Shown: positions 10,350 to 19,505, counted from the first letter of the stretch. The stretch: 64,000 nucleotides of DNA from an uncultured Anaerolineales bacterium (GCA_964478075.1 CAYZGO010000015.1:4715-68714), one strand, 5' to 3'. Notes: generated by a model from the letters alone, not told the origin. A program made the numbers and translations.

Positions 10350-10718
10350 ATGTTAGAGACCTTGTTTTCCTCTCGGGTCAGAGTAAAGCTGCTGGAACTA
10401 TTCCTGACCTCTCCGGGCGAGAAATATCACAGCCGCGAATTGGCACGCCTCACTGGTGAACGTCAGAATGCCATCTGGCGCGAACTCAACAAACTTGAGG
10501 AGGTCGGCCTGCTGCACAGCAAAACTCGTGGCAACCGCAAAGAGTACGCAGTCTCCAAGGAGTCCCCCCTCTACCCCGAACTGCGACGGTTGATGCTTAG
10601 GGCCAAGGGAGGCAAAGAAAAACGACCAAAGGCAACACCCGACGTCCACGAGCGGTATACGATGCCCAATTGTGTGATCGCCTGCCAGCCTGACTACGTT
10701 GTTGGAGAGAACGACTGA
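10350..10718 (+). CDS. Winged helix-turn-helix protein (ArsR-like)
   Basis: LFSSRVRVKLLELF...SRELARL......IWREL.KLEEVGLL; AGGAGG RBS. Confidence 0.7.
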   Translation: MLETLFSSRVRVKLLELFLTSPGEKYHSRELARLTGERQNAIWRELNKLEEVGLLHSKTRGNRKEYAVSKESPLYPELRRLMLRAKGGKEKRPKATPDVHERYTMPNCVIACQPDYVVGEND

Positions 10719-10762
10719 CGCAGGCCTGGGGGTTACCCATATCTTGGACGGTGGGAGCACCT

Positions 10763-10840
10763 GTACACGAATAACACGAACGAAACCGAATTCCACGAAT
10801 GCTTTTGTGGGTTTTGTGCGGATTCGTGCACTTCGTGTAC
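10763..10840. repeat. Imperfect palindrome built from CACGAA/TTCGTG units (REP-like)
   Basis: GTACACGAAtaaCACGAA ... TTCGTGcacTTCGTGTAC. Confidence 0.55.
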
Positions 10841-10980
10841 CGTCATGCACTTTGGGGCAAACCTCAGATGCGGGCTGCGTGTTGTTTGCCCGACTGATCC
10901 GTGTTACAATATGATGAGGATGTGTTACTGGTAGATACGCCTCTTCAAGCTTAGCGTATAAGAGATAGAAAGGAGGGCGT

Positions 10981-12276
10981 GTGATGAACCTGCAGGATTT
11001 CCCGCGTCCGGCCGATGTCAGTCGTCGAGGGATCCACTGGTCTGCTTCTGTCTTTCACCCCAGCGGCTCTTCTCTGGATTGGTGGATCAATGAGTTGCTG
11101 GCCATGAGCATCAAATGGGTCAAGCTGCTTGACGATGGTGGGGGCTCCTCAAAGCACGTCTGTCAGGCATTGTTGGCCAACGGTATCATCCCCGTAGTGC
11201 GCATGTACCGCAATCAGCCTAACCCTGGGCACCTCAGCGACGATGAGAGGTCAGCCATTTCTGAACTCGTGGCGCTGGGTGTGAGATACTTTGAGAGTAA
11301 CAACGAACCCAACCTACCCGTCGAGTGGAAGGAAGGCTCGTGGCAGAGTGGCGGTAGCCCTGAACTGGTAATGGAGCATTGGTTGCAAGACGCCAAAGCG
11401 GTTATTCAACTGGGTGGGTATCTGGCCTTTCCAGCCCTGGCCCAGTGCGCCCACCACGGGGAGAGCGGAAGCATCCTCTGGTACATCAATGCTTTCAAAT
11501 GGCTGGACGAGAATGCTCATGACGATGCTTTGGACGTGTTCAGCAACGGTGCCTGGATTGCGGTCCACAACGCAACCCTAAATCACTGCTACAAGGATAC
11601 CGATGCACTATGGCACTTTGAGTACCCTTACGACCCGATCTGCCAGGAAGATCAGCCAGGCAAGACGATCATGGATGATGACAACTCTCTGATCGGTCAC
11701 CGCGTGCCAGCCAAGCTGCTTCAGGATCACTTTGGCCTGCAAGTCCCCATTATCTCCACAGAGGGCGGAGTGTTTGCTCCCAGCGGTGGTTGGGAGCAGT
11801 GGGATCCGCGCTATCCCGGTTACGACTACGATGGACACGCTGAGCGAACCGTGGCCATGTTCGAGTGGCTGCGAACCAATGCCGCGGAGCACTTTTTTGC
11901 CATGTGCCCCTGGCTCATTGCCAATGAAAGAATGGGGCACCTCGATCCCGCCTGGACTGAGGGCGCGTGGTATCGCATGGACTATGAACTGCCGGTGGTG
12001 GCCGCAGTCAAGGCTATGGGCCCGGAGCCTACACCCCCTCCCACCCTACCTCTGGATCAGACGCTTCGCAACGCCGCCTGGAACAGGCGTGGTCTAGCTT
12101 ACAACCCAGAAGCTGCGTTTCCCAAGTACGCGCGCGAGCACGAGCTGGGATCACCTCTGACACCCGAATTCGATGCCAATTGGGAAGGCAAGGCCTACCG
12201 CGTTCAGGGCTTCACTGGTGCCATTATCTACGCAGAAATCGGGGGCTGGGATAATATCCAGAGCCTGAGCTGGTAG
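10981..12276 (+). CDS. Putative clan GH-A-like glycoside hydrolase with small C-terminal domain
   Basis: YFESNNEPN (acid/base-like), IISTEGG (nucleophile-like); PT linker then LRNAAW...YNPEAAFPKYAREHELGSPLTPEF domain. Confidence 0.55.
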   Translation: MMNLQDFPRPADVSRRGIHWSASVFHPSGSSLDWWINELLAMSIKWVKLLDDGGGSSKHVCQALLANGIIPVVRMYRNQPNPGHLSDDERSAISELVALGVRYFESNNEPNLPVEWKEGSWQSGGSPELVMEHWLQDAKAVIQLGGYLAFPALAQCAHHGESGSILWYINAFKWLDENAHDDALDVFSNGAWIAVHNATLNHCYKDTDALWHFEYPYDPICQEDQPGKTIMDDDNSLIGHRVPAKLLQDHFGLQVPIISTEGGVFAPSGGWEQWDPRYPGYDYDGHAERTVAMFEWLRTNAAEHFFAMCPWLIANERMGHLDPAWTEGAWYRMDYELPVVAAVKAMGPEPTPPPTLPLDQTLRNAAWNRRGLAYNPEAAFPKYAREHELGSPLTPEFDANWEGKAYRVQGFTGAIIYAEIGGWDNIQSLSW

Positions 12277-12295
12277 TCTGGATGCATAGAACCCA

Positions 12296-12323
12296 AGAGA
12301 CACGGTGTGTGCCGTGTCTCTTC
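12296..12323. terminator. Hairpin between convergent genes
   Basis: AAGAGACACGG tgtgtg CCGTGTCTCTT. Confidence 0.6.
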
Positions 12324-12350
12324 TTGACACGAGGGTCGCAGCAAAGAGGC

Positions 12351-13847
12351 TCAGCGATTTGTGCAGCAAGCAGTATTCCCCCGGGCCCATGACTTCAGGG
12401 CCCGCAGCACAGGGTCTGGCACTCTGTCGCCAGTCGCGCGCCGCAGAAATGCGCAGATCTGCTTGACGGTGACACCGCTTTCGAGACAAGCCCGTACTGA
12501 ATCGGCGTTGATCACATAGCGTGCAAGGCCGTCCTGCTCGTCCCTCCAGTGCGCAAATCGCTCCAACAAGAAGCGATCATACCAGCTACCTTCACGCGGC
12601 ACACTGACCTGCAGGTTGGGCTGCACGACAATGGGACGCAAAGGGCCTTCACTGACCTCCCGCAGTCCCAAGGTAGCTGCCCCTTGGTTAGTCAACATAA
12701 AGCAACAGGCGCGTTCCTGTCCCTTTGGATAACCAACCGCTACCACCCCGAGCCAGAGCAACGGATACTCCAGGAGGTAGCGAATCAATGCACCCTCGAC
12801 TTTTTCCCAGTTGCTGTAACCCATCAGGTAATGGCCAGTCCGGGCATCGCGAATGTACCAGGAATCATAGTCACCATCTGGCCGCATGAAATCCGCATCA
12901 ACCTCGTGAACAGACTCCACGAATGAAGGGATGGTCAGCCAGGCATCTACAGGGCACTTGAGCAGGTGGTTGACAACACCTGTTCGTGCCAGGATTTGAT
13001 CGTTGTGCCAGCCGGTGGCCTCACAGCGCACGTCAGGCATCATGCACAGCTCGTTCCAATTCGAGTCTTCTAGCCACGTGCGATAGAAGGTGCGGCGTCT
13101 GGCCAGAGCCCCATCTTTGAGCCAACTGGCCGCCTCGCTGGTGGGGTTCCACAGCCCTTCTTCTCTGCGTATCAGGCACGCTCTTTCACAGACGTGGTGG
13201 AGAAATGACAAGCACTGAAGATCCTGTGGATCTGCCAATCTGGGGCGCAAACGGGGGAGCTCGTGCGCTGCCAGTACACCCTTTCTAGCACGCACAGCAT
13301 TGTTCCGCAAATAACTGAGGATGACGAAGGCATCGTGGGCGAGGGCATCGTGGTCGTCGCGCATAATTGGAGGGCGAGTGGCGGGCTCAATTCTGAAGAC
13401 GGGCAAAGGCGCGCTCATTTTGGGGAGAGCATCCAGGATCTCCGGCGGGATGAAGAACACTTCGCCATGATGGGTTTCATCCATGCCATATCCACGGTGA
13501 AGCAATCCCAGGAACCAGAGCCGCTCCATCGCAGAAGCAGGCTCCCGCCACGCATGTTCCCACTCAAGGCGGCCTGGCCCCAGACGGCGGATGCGGCCAT
13601 ACTTGCGAACCATGACGTGGGCCTTTGCCTGGCCTGTGGCCGAAGCGAAAGCCAGCGCTTCCCGCTCGACGTCGCTCAGGCGCTTCAGGACAAGCGCTAT
13701 GGCCTCAGCGTCAGTCATCTCCACGACGAGGCGACCCACAATCTCGGGAACCTGTTCGTCCGTCAGGGGAATGCTCCAGCTTTCGGCAATGGCCTCCAGC
13801 ATGATTCGAGGATATTCAGCTAGACAATCTCTCAAGGATCTTGTCAT
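12351..13847 (-). CDS. XPB/Ssl2-like helicase-associated domain protein (no helicase motifs seen)
   Basis: C-terminal IVVQPNLQV.VP...L.RFA......Y.I...SV..CLESG...QI..FL pattern (Helicase_C_3-like). Confidence 0.65.
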   Translation of the reverse strand: MTRSLRDCLAEYPRIMLEAIAESWSIPLTDEQVPEIVGRLVVEMTDAEAIALVLKRLSDVEREALAFASATGQAKAHVMVRKYGRIRRLGPGRLEWEHAWREPASAMERLWFLGLLHRGYGMDETHHGEVFFIPPEILDALPKMSAPLPVFRIEPATRPPIMRDDHDALAHDAFVILSYLRNNAVRARKGVLAAHELPRLRPRLADPQDLQCLSFLHHVCERACLIRREEGLWNPTSEAASWLKDGALARRRTFYRTWLEDSNWNELCMMPDVRCEATGWHNDQILARTGVVNHLLKCPVDAWLTIPSFVESVHEVDADFMRPDGDYDSWYIRDARTGHYLMGYSNWEKVEGALIRYLLEYPLLWLGVVAVGYPKGQERACCFMLTNQGAATLGLREVSEGPLRPIVVQPNLQVSVPREGSWYDRFLLERFAHWRDEQDGLARYVINADSVRACLESGVTVKQICAFLRRATGDRVPDPVLRALKSWARGNTACCTNR

Positions 13848-13957
13848 GGCTGAATTATATACGCGTGCGGCACTTGCAGCAAGGTACGCTGTTTGGAAGA
13901 TGGCTGAGATGCGCTATAATCCTTGGAGCGCTGGTCACAGTTATCTTGGAGACACAC

Positions 13958-15361
13958 ATGGATAGTTTTGGCGCTGTTCGGCTTGTACTCCTATACAGCC
14001 TGCTCCTGAACCTACTGGTGACCACAGCGAAGCTTGCGGTGGGCTATACTACTGGCTCTCTGAGCATCATCGCTGATGGTTTTGACTCCCTCTTTGATTC
14101 GGTTACCAACGTCATCGGCTTGATCGCCATCTATCTCTCGCGCCAGCCGCCCGACGAAGACCACCCTTACGGACACCGGCGCTATGAGGTCTTGATGACG
14201 CTTGCTGTCTCGGCGCTCCTCTTCTTCTCCTGCTACCAGATTCTGCGAAGCGCTTACCAGCGCCTGCTTAACCCCACCGTGCCAAAGGTCACCATCTGGA
14301 GTTTCGCTTCGCTGTTCTTGAGCATTGCCATACAGCTATATACATCAGGTTATGAAAAGCGTTGGGGCAAACAACTAAAAAGTGAGTTCCTGCTCGCTGA
14401 TGCCTCGCATACGCGCGCCGACATCTTTGTTACGCTGGGGGTCATTGGTGGACTTGTTGTGGTCCACATGGGGTACCCAATCGTTGACACTATCCTAGCC
14501 GTCGTCATCGCGTTTCTCATCGCCAGAATCGGCATTGACATTATCCGCAGCAGTGCACCTATTCTAATCGATGCTGCTGTACTTGATGTCGCCAGGGTGG
14601 CAGCCATTGCTCGGGAGGTGCCCGGCGTCGAGAGCTGTCACCGTATTCGCAGCCGCGGTCAGGAGGACGATATCCACCTTGATTTGCACATCCGTGTTGC
14701 GCCAGACATGCCTACGGCACAAGCGCATCTGATTGCGCACCAGGTTCAGCACAGACTGCAGCAGATGATTGAGGGAGTCCGGGATGTCGTCGTGCACATC
14801 GAGCCACAACCTGGCACTGCCCATTCGCCACACGGTGATCTGTTCTCCAGTTTAAGAAAGGTGGCCCAGGGCGTGGGTGTCACCATCCACCATCTCAATG
14901 CCCATGAGATCAACGGCCAGTACTTCGTTGATTTGCATCTTGAGGTGTCAGATGGACTGACGTTGGGGGAAGCTCACACCCAAGCCAGCGTGTTGGAGGA
15001 TAGGATCAGGGCAGAGATACCCCAGGTCGGCGAGATCAACACGCACATTGAGCCAGGCCCCGTCACGTATACAAAGTGTGATGTACTGCCGGAGGATTCC
15101 CAGATAGCACAAAGGGTACGTGAATTAGCTCACAGTGTGCCAGAAGTACTTGACTGTCACGACGTCAAAGTGCACCAGGTAGGTGACGAACTCTTTGTGA
15201 CCATGCATTGCGCGCTGGACGAGCACCTGCCAATCGCTCAGGCCCATGACATAGCAACGCTGATTGAAGACCGCCTGAGACGAGAATATCCGGGCATCGC
15301 GCGAGTGTCTGTACACGTGGAACCCGCCACAGCAGACATGCCTTCCGCCCAGGCCGAGTGA
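13958..15361 (+). CDS. Cation diffusion facilitator with three C-terminal dimerisation domains
   Basis: ADGFDSLFD, PPDEDHPYGHRRYE, ADASHTRAD; three repeats of V(D/T)xH...HIEP/HVEP; likely ATG 13958. Confidence 0.9.
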   Translation: MDSFGAVRLVLLYSLLLNLLVTTAKLAVGYTTGSLSIIADGFDSLFDSVTNVIGLIAIYLSRQPPDEDHPYGHRRYEVLMTLAVSALLFFSCYQILRSAYQRLLNPTVPKVTIWSFASLFLSIAIQLYTSGYEKRWGKQLKSEFLLADASHTRADIFVTLGVIGGLVVVHMGYPIVDTILAVVIAFLIARIGIDIIRSSAPILIDAAVLDVARVAAIAREVPGVESCHRIRSRGQEDDIHLDLHIRVAPDMPTAQAHLIAHQVQHRLQQMIEGVRDVVVHIEPQPGTAHSPHGDLFSSLRKVAQGVGVTIHHLNAHEINGQYFVDLHLEVSDGLTLGEAHTQASVLEDRIRAEIPQVGEINTHIEPGPVTYTKCDVLPEDSQIAQRVRELAHSVPEVLDCHDVKVHQVGDELFVTMHCALDEHLPIAQAHDIATLIEDRLRREYPGIARVSVHVEPATADMPSAQAE

Positions 15362-16002
15362 GAGCATTTATGAGTCAATGGTTGGACAAACATCGAGCAA
15401 TCCTTGCTGCGATTGCATTACTGGGCCTGGTATCCGCCACCATTCTGGGCGTTGTGCTTTTCACCGTCAGAAAATCAACTCCAGCGCCCATCGTCATCAG
15501 CCAGATTACGCCCCTTCCCACGCAAACCAGGGCACCAACAGCCACGCCCGAGCCCATCCATGTGTACGTCTCTGGAGCCGTAGCGCACCCTGGCGTCTGC
15601 GTTCTGTCCTGGGACAGTCGTGTGGAGCAGGCTATCGCTGCAGCCGGAGGCGGTACAGAAGATGCGGATCTGGTGCGGGTGAATCTGGCTCAGCGTGTGC
15701 ATGACGAACAGCAAATCTACGTCCCCTGTAAGAGCGAGCTGGTCACACCCATCCTGCCTACGCCAGCGCCGCAGAGGACAAGCAATGGGGCGCCATCCCC
15801 ACCTGGACAGAAGATAAACATCAACACTGCCAGCGCGAGCGAACTGGAGGCATTACCAGGGATTGGGCCCGTCCTGGCCCAACGCATCGTCGAACATCGG
15901 GATGCCAATGGCCCTTTCAAGACAACTGCGGATGTCAAGAAGGTGAATGGCATTGGGGACAGCATCTTTGAGCGAATTAAGGACCTGATAGCCGTCGAAT
16001 GA
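15358..16002 (+). CDS. comEA: ComEA-family DNA-binding protein (SLBB + helix-hairpin-helix)
   Basis: VYVSGAV..PGV, VNLA..V.D.QQIYVP, ININTAS..ELEALPGIGP..A.RI. Confidence 0.9.
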   Translation: MRAFMSQWLDKHRAILAAIALLGLVSATILGVVLFTVRKSTPAPIVISQITPLPTQTRAPTATPEPIHVYVSGAVAHPGVCVLSWDSRVEQAIAAAGGGTEDADLVRVNLAQRVHDEQQIYVPCKSELVTPILPTPAPQRTSNGAPSPPGQKININTASASELEALPGIGPVLAQRIVEHRDANGPFKTTADVKKVNGIGDSIFERIKDLIAVE

Positions 16003-16027
16003 ATTGAATCAATAGCCCTAAGACGCC

Positions 16028-16066
16028 AAGTCCCAAGCCAGTGTGTTGCTGGCTTGGGACTTTTTT
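16028..16066 (+). terminator. Intrinsic terminator after comEA
   Basis: AAGTCCCAAGCCAG-loop-CTGGCTTGGGACTT followed by T run. Confidence 0.8.
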
Positions 16067-16123
16067 GCTCAGCAGCGCGCTTCGTCAGAGACCATGCACT
16101 CCGCTGCAGAGTGCTGTGACTGC

Positions 16124-17914
16124 CTACATCTTCTCAGCCACAGCCTTTTGCGCCACAGCAATAAACTCGTCCAGCGACTTAGGGCCAAGGTCCTCCTCGC
16201 TGCGCAGGCGCACCGACACCGTGCCGGCCTTGCTCTCTCTGTCGCCTACGATCAACATGTAGGGAACCTTCTGCAACTGGGCTTTGCGCACCTTGGCCTG
16301 CATCCGCTCATCGCTGTCGTCCATTTCGGCGCGCAGGCCAGCCTCGCACAGGCGCTTGAGCACGGAGGCCGCATACTCGTTATGCCGGTGAGCGATAGGA
16401 ATGATCTGCACCTGCACAGGCGACAGCCATACGGGGAAGGCGCCAGCATAGTGCTCAATGAGTCCACCGACAAAGCGCTCCATGCTGCCTAGCACTGTAC
16501 GATGCACCATCACCGGGCGGTGTTCCTTGCCATCCTTGCCCACGAAAGTCATGTCGAAACGCTCCGGGAAGTTGAAATCCACCTGGATGGTGGGACCTTG
16601 CCAGCCACGCCCTAAGGCATCGCGCATGTGGATGTCAATGGCCGGTCCGTAGAACTTGGCTTCACCAGGCTTCACTTTGTACTCGACCTGGCGGATCTTC
16701 AGCGCCTCGTGCAGCGCACCCTCGGCGGTATCCCACCCGCTGTCGTCGCCGATGTACTTGTCTTTGTCGGCGGCACTGCGGATCGAGAGCTCCACATCGA
16801 ATTCCTTGTAGCCGAATGTGCGCAACATAAAGAACGACAGGTCCAGCACGCCAACGATCTCGTCCGTGAGCTGATTGGGACGGCAGAAGATGTGGGCATC
16901 GTCCTGGGTAAAGCCGCGCACGCGCAGCATACCGTGAAGCACGCCGCTCCGTTCGTAGCGGTAGACCGTACCCAGTTCACCCCATCGCAGCGGTAAGTCA
17001 CGATAGGAGCGAGTTCTCGTCTTGTACATCATCACGGCAAAGGGGCAGTTCATCGGCCTGAGCAGATACTCGACGCCATCAATGTCTATGGGCGAGTACA
17101 TGCTTTCGCGGTAAAAGTCCCAATGACCGCTGATCTTCCACAGGTCTAGCCGACCGATGTGGGGACTGTAGACAATGTCGTAACCCCGCTTGCGGTGCTC
17201 CTTACGCCAAAAGTCTTCGATGATCTCGCGGATAAGCGCGCCCTTGGGGTGCCAACAGATGAGTCCCGCGCCAACGAGTTCGTGTGTACTGAACAGGTCT
17301 AGCTCCCGGCCCAGCTTGCGATGGTCGCGCCGCTCTATCTCCACCAACTTGAGCAGGTACTCATCGAGTTGCTCCGCTGTGGGCCAAGCCGTCCCATAGA
17401 TTCGTTGCAGCATCGGCCGCCGCTCATCACCGCGCCAGTAGGCGCCAGCCAGTTTGAGCAGCTTTAGACCATGCGGGTTGATCTCCTTGGTACTGGCCAC
17501 GTGTGGCCCCCGGCAGAGATCAATGAATGGCCCGTCTTTGTAGATGCCCAGCCTGGGCGGTCCCTCGGCGGCCTCACCGTGTTCGTCTCCGCCACCAGCC
17601 ACAATGTCCTCAATCAGCTCCAGCTTGTAGGGTTGGTCAGCGAGAAGCTGCCGCGCTTCTTCCTCGGACACCTCCCGGTACTCAAAGGGATGCCCTTCAG
17701 CTATGATCTCTTTCATGCGAGCCTCGATCTCCTGCATGTCTTCGGGCGTCAATGGGTGCGGCAGATCAAAGTCGTAGTAGAAACCGTCCTCAATCGCTGG
17801 GCCGATGGCGAGCTTTGCCCCTGGGAACTTTTCCAGTACTGCCTGCGCCATGACATGAGACGCGGAATGGCGCAGTTTGTGCAGATAATCCTCTTCGTGT
17901 TTCTCAGACATCAC
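16124..17914 (-). CDS. thrS: Threonyl-tRNA synthetase (short form, no N-terminal TGS domain evident)
   Basis: LRHSASH, DLCRGPH, RDHRKLG, PMNCP, YRYERSG, FYGP, HRTVLGSMERF. Confidence 0.97.
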   Translation of the reverse strand: MMSEKHEEDYLHKLRHSASHVMAQAVLEKFPGAKLAIGPAIEDGFYYDFDLPHPLTPEDMQEIEARMKEIIAEGHPFEYREVSEEEARQLLADQPYKLELIEDIVAGGGDEHGEAAEGPPRLGIYKDGPFIDLCRGPHVASTKEINPHGLKLLKLAGAYWRGDERRPMLQRIYGTAWPTAEQLDEYLLKLVEIERRDHRKLGRELDLFSTHELVGAGLICWHPKGALIREIIEDFWRKEHRKRGYDIVYSPHIGRLDLWKISGHWDFYRESMYSPIDIDGVEYLLRPMNCPFAVMMYKTRTRSYRDLPLRWGELGTVYRYERSGVLHGMLRVRGFTQDDAHIFCRPNQLTDEIVGVLDLSFFMLRTFGYKEFDVELSIRSAADKDKYIGDDSGWDTAEGALHEALKIRQVEYKVKPGEAKFYGPAIDIHMRDALGRGWQGPTIQVDFNFPERFDMTFVGKDGKEHRPVMVHRTVLGSMERFVGGLIEHYAGAFPVWLSPVQVQIIPIAHRHNEYAASVLKRLCEAGLRAEMDDSDERMQAKVRKAQLQKVPYMLIVGDRESKAGTVSVRLRSEEDLGPKSLDEFIAVAQKAVAEKM

Positions 17915-18002
17915 TTTTCTCCTTCCAGTCGGTTAAAAGGCAGGTCACTACAAATGCCAGTCGTGCACTGTCCGTCTTAGTCTCAGTACCGTCATCTGTC
18001 AT
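17904..18002 (-). CDS. Candidate 32-aa Thr-rich upstream ORF overlapping the thrS start
   Basis: AAAGGAGG RBS then ATG; MTDDGTETKTDSARLAFVVTCLLTDWKEKSDV*, 6 Thr codons; below ORF-track cutoff. Confidence 0.4.
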   Translation of the reverse strand: MTDDGTETKTDSARLAFVVTCLLTDWKEKSDV

Positions 18003-18030
18003 ATGCCTGCCTCCTTTCGCTGCCCAAACA

Positions 18031-18292
18031 CAAAACCCTCTCTGCCCTTGGGGCGAGAGGGTTGCTCACGCGGTTCCACCCAACTTGTCAACTGAGCCAG
18101 AATATGCTCTCGTTGCAACTCGTTGTGGCCGATAACGGGTGCCTCCGGGACTCCATACTCTGCCTAGCAACCTGCAGGCATTTCCGGAGCCGGCTCCCAG
18201 GTGGTTTTCGCCGGACTCGCGTTGAGAGGGCTTGCAGTCTGTGACCCTCTCTCCCTGCAACAACTCCCCCGGCTACTCGTCCTGATCAAAGC
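18031..18292 (-). promoter_or_regulatory. T-box riboswitch, Thr specifier (ACC)
   Basis: Minus strand: AGGACGAGTAG stem I start, GGGAGAG AG-box, GAAA-ACC-A specifier (18203-18205), CCCGTTATC, T-box AAGTTGGGTGGAACCGCG, terminator CCCTCTCG..GAGAGGG-TTTTG; upstream of thrS. Confidence 0.93.
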
Positions 18293-18338
18293 CCATGTGC
18301 AAAGCCCATGTGCACAGCCTATGTGCAAAGCCTATGAC
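18288..18338. repeat. Four tandem copies of a 13-bp unit
   Basis: AAAGCCCATGTGC AAAGCCCATGTGC ACAGCCTATGTGC AAAGCCTATGAC. Confidence 0.85.
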
Positions 18339-18396
18339 GCAAGCGACGTTAGAGAGAAGGCCCACGGACGAACTGTGAGCCTCGTTGCCTGACACT

Positions 18397-18425
18397 AGTA
18401 TACAGCAAAACCGCGATTCTGGCAA
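18397..18425 (-). promoter_or_regulatory. sigma70-type promoter for the T-box/thrS leader
   Basis: TTGCCA-17 bp-TATACT on minus strand. Confidence 0.7.
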
Positions 18426-18579
18426 ATCGGCTCTGCTGCTGGGCATAGTTCAGTGCTGGGGCAAGCAGAGCCTCCCGGAGGTTGCCGACAGCGCTTCCCA
18501 AGCGTCCCGGCAGGGCATTCAGCATGTCATCAGATCCTCCGGAAGGTTGCTGCGCCGTCTCGCACCTGGGCCTACGTGT

Positions 18580-18608
18580 TTGACATTTCAAGGGATGCAG
18601 TATATAGT
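18580..18608 (+). promoter_or_regulatory. sigma70-type promoter for rodZ-like/rimO
   Basis: TTGACA-17 bp-TATAGT. Confidence 0.75.
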
Positions 18609-18649
18609 CTGCTCGACCGACTGGCAGGTATACTGGAGGTATCGTCTCG

Positions 18650-19450
18650 ATGGGAGAGTTAGGAGAGCTTCTGCGCAAGACTCGCGAAGCTAAGGGTCTG
18701 TCTTTGGCGCAGGTTGAGGAAGCAACCAAGATCCGCAGTGTCTATCTGCAGGCGCTGGAGGAGGAAGACGATGACTGCCTGCCGCCTCCAGTGTACGTCA
18801 AAGGCTTCCTGAGAAACTATGCCCGTTACCTTGATCTGGATCCGCAGCAGGTGCTTTCCCTTTACCAAGAGTCTGAAGCCACGACCCCAGCGACACCTGC
18901 CCAAGTGATGCTGGACGAACCCCTGGAGCCACTGACTCTGAGACGATGGTGGCCAGCCTGGGTTGTGTTACTAGTCATTGCCGTGGTGGTTGCAGTCTGG
19001 TGGGGTTACCAGCGCTACTATGGTACGGTGCCAGTCGCACAGGCCACAGCGACTCCAACACCCACTTGCGTTCCACCGTCCCCAACGCGTGAGCCACCAC
19101 CGGCCACGCCGTCGCCTACACTGACGGCCAGTCCTACGCCGACTCCCACAACTGCTATTGCCCTGGAAGTGAGCATCGAGCTCGTTGGCCAACAAGCATG
19201 GTTGCTCGTGCACGTGGATGGCGAAATGGTCTTCACTGGGACACTCGAGCCTGGTGCCACCAGAACCTGGCGGGCAGACGAACGGATTGTATTGCACTGT
19301 GGCAACGCCGGGGCCGTGCGCGTGACGGTCAACGGCCAGACACTGGGCCTGATGGGCGAGCCCGGCCAAGTCATCGAAAAGGAATGGACCGCGCCAGGCG
19401 TGCCTACCCGAACGCCTGAGCCCACACCAAGTCCAACAATAACCCCTTGA
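18650..19450 (+). CDS. RodZ-like protein (HTH, TM, Pro/Thr linker, DUF4115-like domain)
   Basis: LGELLRKTREAKGLSL..VE..TKIR..YL.ALEE...YVKGFLRNYARYL; GNAGAVRVTVNG. Confidence 0.85.
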   Translation: MGELGELLRKTREAKGLSLAQVEEATKIRSVYLQALEEEDDDCLPPPVYVKGFLRNYARYLDLDPQQVLSLYQESEATTPATPAQVMLDEPLEPLTLRRWWPAWVVLLVIAVVVAVWWGYQRYYGTVPVAQATATPTPTCVPPSPTREPPPATPSPTLTASPTPTPTTAIALEVSIELVGQQAWLLVHVDGEMVFTGTLEPGATRTWRADERIVLHCGNAGAVRVTVNGQTLGLMGEPGQVIEKEWTAPGVPTRTPEPTPSPTITP

Positions 19451-19505
19451 TTTCATATCAGTGCACCACGCATGAGAACCGGCCAGGGCTGTCAAGCCTG
19501 GCCGG

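Noticed and set aside
18288-18338. CRISPR-like repeats
   Set aside because: Units are 13 bp, directly adjacent with no spacers, and no cas genes are present
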